Below, piece after piece: positions 25,351 to 35,877 of a stretch of DNA of 64,000 bases. A program made the translations under genes and the position numbers. Within the stretch, counting starts at the first letter, position 1. Each line of letters starts with the position of its first letter. This stretch comes from Neocallimastix sp. 'constans'. Lineage: Eukaryota. The stretch spans positions 124,001-188,000 of the forward strand of contig JBODTK010000013.1 of assembly GCA_050613775.1 (NCBI GenBank), read 5' to 3'. The notes below the pieces were generated by a model. That model worked only from the letters and a program-made list of their open reading frames with translations. It made no database searches and had not been told where the DNA came from.

Positions 25351-25660
25351 CAGCTTATATAGCATAGCTGACATGTCATGTTCTTTTATTCTCAGCTTAT
25401 ATAGCATAGCTGACATGTTATGTTCTTTTATTCTCAGCTTATATAGCATAGCTGACATGTTATGTTCTTTTATTCTCAGCTTATATAGCATAGCTGACAT
25501 GTTATGTTCTTTTATTCTCAGCTTATATAGCATAACTGACATGTTATGTTCTTTTATTCTCAGCTTATATAATATAGCTGAATTTTTTGTTTCATTCTCA
25601 GCTTATATTCAATAGCTGATCTTTTATTTCATCCTCAGCTTATGTCTAATAGCTGACCTT
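25351..25660 (-). repeat. 42-bp tandem repeat (5 near-perfect + 3 variant units) in the element's 5' leader
   Basis: Unit CAGCTTATATAGCATAGCTGACATGTTATGTTCTTTTATTCT; each carries a TCAGCT/AGCTGA stem. Confidence 0.95.
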
Positions 25661-26519
25661 TTGTTTATTTTCAAATTCAATTATATTGATATTGGACTTC
25701 TTTGTACAATTATTTTAAATATTAAAGATTCCACTTTTATTTTAGTTTTATAATTTATAAATATTTATATATATATATAAATAATTAAAAATTAATATTT
25801 AATAATAAATATATAAATTTCAAATTTATATAATGTTAAATTTTTATTTTAAAAAAAAATACTTAGCTTTTATATGGATTAATCGGTTGAGATTGAGACT
25901 CTTAATCTGTCAAAAATATTATGTTAAGAAACACTCAAATAAGTTATAATAAACACAATAATAAATATATATGGATTAGTAGTTTTTAGAAAAATATTTT
26001 TTTATAACAGTATAAATTATTTTTATTCTCATTTTTGTATAAGATATTATATTTTTATAAAATAATAATTCCATGATTTTTATACTTTTTATTTTGAATA
26101 TTAATACAAGTAATTGGTCATTATTTATATTAAAGATAGATTAATTAAATTAATCATTATTTTGACAAATTATATTTATAATTGATAATAAAATTTATAG
26201 CATAAATCAATGTTTTAATTATATTCTTAATATTTTATATTTATATTTATATAGTTATTAAATATTTACTTAAATAATAATAACTAATAGTTTATTTTAA
26301 TCACAAGAACAATTAATTTAATAATTAATTATAACTAAATAATATAAAAATAAAATATTTCTCTGAATATAGAGAAGTTTGTGTTGAATAATATTAAGTT
26401 AGTTTGTAATTAAAGTATAAGAAAGTTGTTAGATAGCTTTTTCTAAATATATGTAATTTTTAAATAAAAATAAATAAATAAATAAATAATAAACTAATAA
26501 ATTTAATAAATAAATTCCA

Positions 26520-27833
26520 ACAAAAGGATATCGAACTTTTGAGTTGTATATCAAAAGCCAATTGAATTAATTTTAACATATTCGAATAAATCTATTTGAA
26601 ATTTACTATTTTCTGTGAATTGTTTCTGGTTTCAATGTTAATTATATGGTTAATTTTTCTTAGTGGTACTTTATTGTATATTAAAAATTGAGTTAATTCA
26701 TAATATATCTGCAATAAAAATTTATTTTATTTAAATTATATGATGTCAGAATAGATTTTGTGTGTAAGGATATATTATTTTATATTTAATAATATTTATT
26801 ATTATATTAATATATATTTATTTATATTAAAAATAATTTATGTTAATATTATATATTAATGTTAATATTTGTTAATAAACACACAATTAAGAGACACACA
26901 ATATTAAGATAATATTATAATTATGTTTAAGTAAAGATGTTTTATATTCCTTTATTATATATTAATATTTATTATTTTAAATATATATAACTAAGTATGT
27001 ATTAGCATATATATATTAAGGTTTTTATTGTTGTTTATAAAAGTAAAAAAAAAAAATTTTTAGAATTATAACTTAAGCACGTTTTATAGTATTTCGAGTA
27101 TTTATGTATTTATAAAATATTGGATAATCATAGATTAAATTTTATATTAAAATATATTTTTAGCAATATTAATTTTAATTTTTATATACATTTTTATTTG
27201 ACTCTTTTTAGATTATTTGTTAATTTTTTTATTTTATATGTTTCATAAATATTAAGTTAAAATGGTTATTATTAATTAACATGAGAAAACATGTTATTTT
27301 TCATTAATTATTCTTATTCTTGATGACGTAAATGACTATTATTTTATATTTAACTATTTTCGACTTAACTAGTTGATTATTATTTATATTTTAGTTTAAT
27401 TTATTTAAAATTTTTTAATTAAATTTAATTTATTTTATTTTATTCAATCTGTACTTTATATTTAATATTCTACTATTTATTTTGTTTTATTTTATTTTAT
27501 ATAGATATTATATATAAGTAAATTTATTTTTAAAAATTAATAACTATGAACTATTATAATATATACTTTAATTAACATCTTGTATCCTCAACACACTCAA
27601 TATTGTTCTGTAATGTTTGTTTATTAATAATAGCTAGTATATTTTGTTTCAATAATAAATATTATTAGAATAATAAAAATATATTGTTATTAGTTTGAAT
27701 ATAAACGATATAAAAAATGTTATGTTTTATTTATTTCAACTTAGCTTTATTTGATAGCTCAACTGAAGATTTGAGACTCTTAATCTGTGAAAAGTAGAAA
27801 TTTATCTTTATTATGTAAAAAAATAAAGAATAT
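26520..27833 (-). mobile_element. 5' remnant of a family B element: partial LTR (27786-27833), extended PBS (27755-27785), leader
   Basis: TAGCTCAACTGAAGATTTGAGACTCTTAATC-TGTGAAAAGTA; leader aligns with the reverse complement of ~3730-4790. Confidence 0.85.
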
Positions 27834-30090
27834 TTAGGTCTCTCAAGTTGCCAAATTCATTTTCAGTAGAGTTAAACCATTCTTCTTGATCTTCGAGGTT
27901 GTACATATAGTCATAGTCTAATGGTTCTCCTAAATTTTTATTTAATAGTTGTTTGTTAAATATTAAAGTATTATTAGTGTTAGGTGTTTGGTTTCCTTTA
28001 ACTTTATTGCTTTGGTTGCTTATAATACTGTTGATGTTAATATCATTTGTTTCAAAATGAGTGTTCTTATTTGAATGATTGTTATTGTTTTTTGTTTGGC
28101 TAGTGTTGATATTGTTATCGTTGCTTTGAGTTATATTAACAGTGTTATTTTGATTATTATTGATGTTGTTATTTTTGGTAGTACTGGTAGCTTTGTGCTG
28201 ACTTGTGCTGTTATATTTTGAGTATTTTTATTAGAGTTTTGGTCTTTTCCTTGTTTATTGAAATTAATTGCGTTTTTGTTTGTGCTATTTTCTTGAATAA
28301 ATATTTATGCTGGTTTTATGTTAATATGATTTTTAGTGTAAGAATTATTGTTATAATAAGAACTAATATTTTTCCCAATTACTATTGTATTGAAATACAT
28401 TGATGAAGCGAAGGTTTTCTGGTAGTGCTCTATTCAAAATACCGACCTTTGTGCTGGTACTTAGATCTTCATCTATTTTTTCTAGTTCTTCAATAGTGTT
28501 TTGTACATCCACCATAAATATGTTTATATCTTGCTTTTCTTCGAACTTCAACTCGTTTAGCTTTTTCTTCAGTTCTAACTTTCAAGATTCCTTTGATTTA
28601 GTAAATGACTTTTCTAAGAATTTCCAATCTTGATATGCTGTTTTTCCATTTCCTTTTACTATTTCTTGAGTCTTTTCTCCTAACGTGTTAATTATCATCC
28701 ATTTTGCCGTAATATCGTTGTTAATGTCATTTTCATTAGTATTTTTATAATATAGTAATATGTTGTCAAATTGGTCTTCCATGTAGTCTGATGTATACTC
28801 CTTGATATCTTTCTTTCTTAAATTCTTAATTTTTTCTTTAGTAGAGTAAAGTACTAGATCATTTATGGTCAATAATTAAAGGATGTTTCCTTTCCATCTT
28901 GGATAATTTTCAATTGTTAATTCAATTACTCTATTGAAATTCTCATAGTAATTGAAATTCACTATCTTCCTTGGATTGTCAGTATCTTCCACGTTAATTA
29001 CTTGATTAACTCTTCTTGGTGTCATTTTATTCTTTATTAAAAATTGAAGTAATTATTAATATATCTTATATTTTTTAATATTGTTTTAAATTGTTTGATG
29101 TCAGAATAGATATTTGTGTTTTAGAATGTTCTATTTTATATATATTATTTTTATTATTTTATTAATTATTTATTAAAATTATATTTGTTTATATTAAAAA
29201 TAAATTTTGTTTATTTTATATATGTCCTTTGATTAGTAAATAAAAAAATATAAGAAATTTGAATTCATTGGATACCATTAATAGTAACAAATTTTTTTTT
29301 GTGTACATATATATTATTGTGAATATTGAAATTACTTTGTCTGTAATTATGAATGTATTTGATTGCTTTTATTATATATTAATTTAATTTAATTTTTATT
29401 TATTTTTAATGAATATGTTTACTCTTATTGGTTTTCTGTATGTATATTTTATATTAATGTTAATATTAATATTAATTTATATAGTATAGTTTTATTTTGT
29501 TTATGTTTTAGATTTATCGTAAATTTTTTATATTATATGTTGAATATTTAATTAAGTATTGTTATTAATGATTAAGTTTAACTTAAATAAACGAATTTTT
29601 TTTTCATTAATTATTCCTAGTTTTAATGACTTAAATTACGATCATTTATTTTCAATTACTTTCAACATAATTAAATTGTCATATATTTTTATTTTATAGT
29701 CAATCATTTACAACTTAACTAGTTGATATTTATTTTTAATTTTATTTTTAATCAACCTAATTAGTTGACAATTATTTTTATTTTATTATCAATTATTAGC
29801 AACTTCTCTAGTTGACATTTATTTTTTATTTTCAATAATTCTCAACTTAGATGGACTAGTTTACTATTATTTTATTTTATTATTTTTTTTCATTTATATT
29901 ATGATTTTTATTTATATAATTATATATATTTATATTTTTTGTTTTTTATTTTTAAAAAATAAATCAATAATAACAATGAACTATTACAATATATACTTTA
30001 TTTTAAATCATGTATATTTAACATTCTCACCATTGTTCTTGGTTATTAGGTTTTGTTTCTATAATGAATATTATAAAAATAATAAAAATA
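27834..30090 (-). mobile_element. Internally deleted copia copy: leader, decayed gag (ATG 29025) joined to the pre-RT linker; PR-IN missing, RT truncated
   Basis: gag ORFs 28582-28872 and 28363-28551; 27834-28260 is a close reverse-complement copy of 1-435. Confidence 0.88.
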
Positions 30091-30124
30091 TATTTTTATT
30101 ATTTTTATAATATTCATTATAGAA
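30057..30124. repeat. Perfect 68-bp palindrome with no loop, at the leader truncation point
   Basis: TTCTATAATGAATATTATAAAAATAATAAAAATA|TATTTTTATTATTTTTATAATATTCATTATAGAA. Confidence 0.93.
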
Positions 30125-30172
30125 TAAATAATAATAATATATAATAAAGAAAAATAATAAATAAAAATAATA

Positions 30173-30438
30173 TGTGAAAAACAAACTTATAAACCTAAGA
30201 GAAACACTATATTAAGAAAAACAATATAACGAAGTATTTTATGTTATGACTAATATTATAAAATGTTTATTAATAATTTTTATTATGAAGATATATATTC
30301 TTGAAAAGATATTTTACATTAAATTTATTTTATATTTTTATATCTTAGTAATCATTATTTAATTTACTTGTATATTAATTATTGGTTGATATAAATTAAT
30401 AATATAAATAAATATACGTAATAATTTTGTCTCTAACA
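30173..30438 (-). mobile_element. LTR, family A (no PBS, no exact TSD)
   Basis: Reverse complement aligns with 1955-2224; flanks TAATA/AATTA. Confidence 0.88.
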
Positions 30439-30939
30439 AATTATGTAAAATATATTAATTTATATAATAAATCTATATTTTTACAATCTATACATTTAGA
30501 AATATAAGTTTAATTTCTAAATAATTCAAAATTTTGTAATAAAATATTTTAATAATATAGTTTAGTTTAATTTTAATTTAGTTTAGTAATCCTAAAATTA
30601 AATAGGATATCTATAATTAATAGTATTAATAATAAAAGAACAATAAATAAATAATAAATAATCATATATTCTATATTCAATTTGAGTCGAAACAAATTGA
30701 TTAAAAAGCTTATTGTTTGATTTAATAAAATCTATAATAATTAATTATATAATAATTAATTAATATAATAAAATTACATAAATTTATGATCTATATATAT
30801 GAAAATTAATTTTAAATTTATGTAAACTTTTCAAAAATAAAAAATTAAATTATAGTATCTATTAATATTGGATGAAATTGAATTATTAGAGGGAACAAAT
30901 GAAAAGTATTTAATTAAATTATTTGTCATTTTTTTTATA

Positions 30940-31590
30940 TTAATAATATGTTTTGCATTTTAATTTTGAGTTTGTGAAGATTTATTATTCAATTACATTT
31001 CTTGATTGTATTATATGATTACGTAACATTTGTGGTTTAATGTGAAGACCATGTAATAATATTGCAAAATTAGTACTTTATTCTTTTCAGAATGCATTTT
31101 TTTTTCTCTGTTCTGTAGCACTTTCATAATTATAAACTTAAAAAGGACTTGAATTAGAAGATGCAGCTAAAAACGTAATTGTTTAAGTAGAATAAATATC
31201 ATTTAATGATGGCTTTTGAAATTGAATACCTCTAATTATTTTACTATTTACAGCATAGTCTCTTCTTCTGAATTTACTTCATTATTCTTACTTATTGTAC
31301 TTTTAACAGATGAAACTTTCGTAGGATTTTGAGTTTTTTTATTATAATCATATAAAAAATCATGATTTTCTCTTCTTTTCATTATTGGTAAAGGTTAGAC
31401 TTTCTTACTATAATTTTTTCATTCATTATATTGAATTTCGTTATAAATTTCATTACTTGCATCACTCATTGGTACAAGTGTTTCATAAATAGTCATTAAT
31501 ATCTTTTTTAATAGAATTAAATTATAGTTGAAAATTATAACTATTATTTTTTGAATGTTAAATGTTGTGATTTTTGTACAGAATAATATT
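30940..31590 (-). pseudogene. Decayed coding-like sequence of unknown family, partly duplicated at 2850-3090
   Basis: Broken frames such as YETLVPMSDASNEIYNEIQYNE*, MKREENHDFLYDY, RGIQFQKPSLNDIYST*TITFLAASSNSSPF. Confidence 0.4.
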
Positions 31591-32118
31591 TTTTTTTCCA
31601 AATAAAATACTATAAATATTATAAAATGAATAAAATTATATTATATAATATAATATATATTATTATGATAAAAAAAATATATATATATATATCAACACTT
31701 TATAAACATTTCAAAATTATTAATAAATTTCAATTTATTATTTAAATTTTTACTTATATATAAAAAACTATAAAAAAAAATTTAACTATAATATTTTATA
31801 TATATATTATAAACTAAATTTACTAATAATTAAATACATATGAAATAAATATTATATAAAAGTTTTTAATATTAAAAATTTAAGCTTTTGTTCCTAAAAA
31901 TTTCTAATTTTTTTTTTTTTAAATTAATATAATTATAAAAAATTATTATAAAAAATTTTGATTTATTTTAATACAATTATATCTAATGCTAATCAAAATT
32001 ATAAAATTCTATAAATATATATAAATATAAAAATCATTAATATTTTATTTTGTTAAATTTAATTTATACTTTATATATATTTATAATAAGTAAATTTTAT
32101 ATTTATTATTTTTGTTCA

Positions 32119-32877
32119 ATGTCACTATCAAAATTTTTATTACTATTATTATTACATATAAATAATTTATTTTTAATAAAATGTTCATTACCAATTAAAA
32201 TATCAATTATTATTCCTGTTTATAACACTGAGCCATATTTAAAAAGATCTATACGATCTGTACTGCGTCAGACATTAAAAGAAATAGAAATAATATGTAT
32301 TGATGATGGTTCCACAGATAATTCACTAAATATTTTAAATGAATTTAAAAAATTAGACAATAGAATTACAGTAATACATTTTGAAGAAAATAAAGGACCA
32401 TCTATTTGTAGAAATACAGGTATTAATATAGCCAATGGTGAATTTATTGGTTTTATTGATAGTGATGATTATATAGATAAAAGATATTTTGAAAATTTAT
32501 ATAATTATAGTAAAGATAATGATATTGTGATAGGTACTTTTGTAGATAGTATAAATAAATTTAAAAATTTTATTCCTCATAAAAAAAAAAAATTACTGGA
32601 AGGATATGTATGGGATAGTATTTTTAGAAGAAAATTTTTAGATTCCAATAATATAAGATTTCCAACAAATATAAGATTGAAGGAAGATGAAATATTTAGA
32701 ATAGCATGTTATAAACAAGATCCCAAAATATTTAAAACTCCAGATGAAGGGATATATTATTATTATAAACAAAGAGAAGGATCACTATGTAACTTTAAAA
32801 AACGATACTTGAAAAATTTATCAAAAGAAATTAAACAATCTGAAAAAAAGAAAAAAGGAAAAAAAAGAAAACATTAA
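32119..32877 (+). CDS. Glycosyltransferase family 2 protein with N-terminal signal/anchor
   Basis: KISIIIPVYNTEPYL, EIICIDDGSTDNS, NKGPSICRNTG, FIGFIDSDD, ED, YYYKQREGS; single exon; first ATG at 32119 (the track's 32050 start is TTG). Confidence 0.92.
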   Translation: MSLSKFLLLLLLHINNLFLIKCSLPIKISIIIPVYNTEPYLKRSIRSVLRQTLKEIEIICIDDGSTDNSLNILNEFKKLDNRITVIHFEENKGPSICRNTGINIANGEFIGFIDSDDYIDKRYFENLYNYSKDNDIVIGTFVDSINKFKNFIPHKKKKLLEGYVWDSIFRRKFLDSNNIRFPTNIRLKEDEIFRIACYKQDPKIFKTPDEGIYYYYKQREGSLCNFKKRYLKNLSKEIKQSEKKKKGKKRKH

Positions 32878-33648
32878 ATGGAAATCAATAAATTTTTTCA
32901 TAGTTCAAAATATATATTTATTATTACTTTTATAAATTTTTTATTAGTAATGATTTATATATTTATAAACTAATAATTTAATTTTATTATTTCAATATAA
33001 TTGTAAAATGGTGTTATTGCCAAGTCACAATTTAATGAAATCGAAAATAAAATAGATTTATTAATAAATAATTTTTTAAATATGTTGTATTTTATTTTTT
33101 AAATATTATATTAATATTAAAATATAAAAAAAATTATTTATTTCTCAAAGATTATGTTGAATAAATAATATTTAAAAATAAATAAATTAACACATTTATT
33201 TTAATTTTTTTACTTTATTTTAAAAAATTTATTCTCTAATAATCCTTTAATATAAATTTTAAAAAATTTTTTATTAAAAAGAATAAGAATGTCAGACTTT
33301 AACTTTGGTAATTGATAGTTATTGTAATTAAAAGAGTCCCCCTTTTTTTGGAATAGAAACTATAAAAATAAATATTTTATCAATGGAATATATAAATTTG
33401 TCTAATTCATTAATAAATAAAAAAATTTTTTTACCTTTCAATTTCGCACAATTTAAATTAATTTTAGAAATTTAAATAGACAACCTTCATATCTAAAAAT
33501 TAGACTTTTATTTATTAACTAATAAAAATCTAATTAATTTAATTATTAAATTTTTAAAAAACTATCTTTAGAAATTATAAAAGGAATTCTTATTTATAAA
33601 AACAAATAATTAAAAATTCTAATTACTTTAAAGTTTATGACAGCTTTA

Positions 33649-33696
33649 ACTAAAAAAATGAATTACTTAAATGTATAAGTAATTCATTTTTTTAGT
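33649..33696. repeat. Inverted repeat, 21-bp perfect arms, 6-nt loop
   Basis: ACTAAAAAAATGAATTACTTA-AATGTA-TAAGTAATTCATTTTTTTAGT. Confidence 0.9.
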
Positions 33697-33769
33697 AACT
33701 ATCATATATATTAATAATAATTTATGAAAAAATATTTCTAAAATTTTATTAAATATTTAATAATTTTAA

Positions 33770-35120
33770 CATTTAATTATTTAATAATTTATTAAATACA
33801 AAAATGGAAAATAAATTTAATGTATAACAAAGTATTTTATTTTAGTTATATTCATAATTTTATATTATTTATTCGGTAAAATTTACATTATTTATACTTT
33901 TATTTAATATATAATATTATTATCATATTCATTATAACTATTTATTTAATTTATACTTAATATAAATAATGTCATGTGTATATTAAAATATCTATTTCTT
34001 TATTTTAACATTCTCACTCAAATATAACTTCTTAAATGTTATATTTGGAAGTTAAGTTTTAATAAATTTTTAAATCTTCTTGTTTAGTTAATAATGAATT
34101 TCTGAATTTGTATATTAGAGTGTTATTTAGGTATTTCGTAAATCCATCTGCTAAAATGTGTTCTGATTTCACATATCTTAATTTAATTTTGTTATCCTTT
34201 ATTAGTTCTCTTTTGTAGTGGTATCTTATATCAATATGTTCAGTTTTAGAATTAATTGATTGATTTTTACTATTGTAAATTGTCGCTTTATTATCTATAT
34301 TTATCGTAATATTTTCAATATTACAATTCATTTCATTTAAGAGATTTATATACCAGGTACAATGTTTACTACATTTGCTTAGACTATAATATTCAGATTC
34401 CATTGTAGAGGTAGAAACGCATCGTTGGAGTTTTGAACACCAACTTGTAGGTGTATTCCTTATACTAAGGATATACCCAGTCGTTGACCTTCTTGTTTTT
34501 TCGTCACTGCCAAAGTCTGAGTCGGCATAAGCTTCTATGTCCCATTTCCTTGTGTAATTCAGTCCATAAGTGATTGTACATTTCAAGTACCTCATTATCC
34601 ATAGAATACTAGTATTTTTATATTTATTTATTTTTTGATTTATGCAATATTTTTTCCAATCTATACAAAGTTGAAAGATGATTATTTATCTTAAATTATT
34701 AGGAAAGACTAAGTTAAATATTTCAATTTTCACACTGTTTGACACATCAGAGTCAATTATTTCGATTTCGTATATCAAGTTACAGAATATATCGAAGAAA
34801 TGTACATATCATGGTTAATGTTAACTTTCAGCATATCTTTTTTATTTTATTTATGCAGTTTCAGAATTATTATCAAGTTTATCAATTATATACTTCTTAA
34901 ATTTACTTCACTTCTGTCTTTTTCAGCTATTTTATTTTTTTATTATATATTCATCAATATTATTGATTGCTAAACTATATAAGATATTGGTTTTCCAAAT
35001 TTATTTCAGTAATATGATTAAAGTTTTCTGAATAATTGAAAGAAATTCCATTTGATATAATTATTTTCATTTTCAGTTATGTCATTAATTTGACTTCTAA
35101 AATTATCTCTTATATTATTT
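33770..35120 (-). mobile_element. Old internally deleted copia copy: decayed gag (~34600-35110) joined to RNase H (34059-34595), PPT, 3' LTR starting 34010
   Basis: YADSDFG, STMESEY, DNKATI, LADGFTK; GAGTGAGAA-TGTTAAAA at the LTR start; gag-like FNYSENFN remnant near 35030. Left LTR end approximate. Confidence 0.8.
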
Positions 35121-35877
35121 TTTTTTTAATTTTGATTATTTAATATAAAAATTATTAAAATTTATTTGATTGATTAAGATATTTTTTTGTAATTTTTTAA
35201 AAATTATTTCTTTTCTTTTTTTTTATTTTTATATTCTATTAATGTTAATTTAATTTTATTTATTTAACTAAATAATATTTAATAGAAATTAGTGTTGATT
35301 TTTGTTTTTTTTCCTAATAATAAATTTTATTGATTCTACTAAAACTAATTCATAAACTAGTTTTTTTTATATTAAGAATGAGTATTGCTTTGTTATTGAT
35401 TTAATTTACCAGGGAAAAAATAAATTTAATTATATTATGATTAGATATTTAAATTAAAAGGTTGAATATAAACATATTATTATTATTTTAATATATTACT
35501 TTATTACTAATATTTTGATTTTAATAAATTATAGAAATAATCAATTTTATTATATTAAAATAAGCAGTTATTTTATTTTAATTTATTTTATAATAGATAT
35601 TTTTATTAATAATTAATTATGAATATGGTTATATTGGTTTATTCTCTATTTTAATTTATTTATTTAGCAAAAATAAATAATATAAATTTAAATTTTTAGA
35701 AAACAAAATGTAATTTATTTTTAAATTTATCAATTATAAAGAATTTTAAATTCAAAAAATAAATAAAATAAGTAGAACTAATTAAAATTAAAACTAAAAT
35801 TAAGCTTTCATATTTTACTTTTACATATATTTAGATTTGAGAGGGGTATTAAATGACAATTTTAATGTGTCAAACAT

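Larger units (their letters stand above)
19758..26167 (-). mobile_element. Full-length Ty1/copia element (family C), 6410 bp, 260-bp LTRs, TSD AATTA
   Basis: LTRs 25908-26167 and 19758-20017 differ at two positions by eye; AATTA both sides; PBS 25894-25907; PPT GGGGGAA 20018-20024; order gag-PR-IN-RT-RH. Confidence 0.97.

Noticed and set aside
25351..25660. CRISPR-like array of palindromic repeats; ORFs 25339-25542 and 25373-25615
   Set aside because: Units are near-identical with no unique spacers, there are no cas genes, and the array lies in a retrotransposon leader. The ORFs arise because 42 is a multiple of 3.
32050..32118. N-terminal extension of the GT2 ORF
   Set aside because: TTG start in AT-rich leader; first ATG is 32119.
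35830..35850. TTAGATTTGAGAGGGG as a PPT or decayed PBS
   Set aside because: Not directly followed by a recognisable LTR start; ambiguous.
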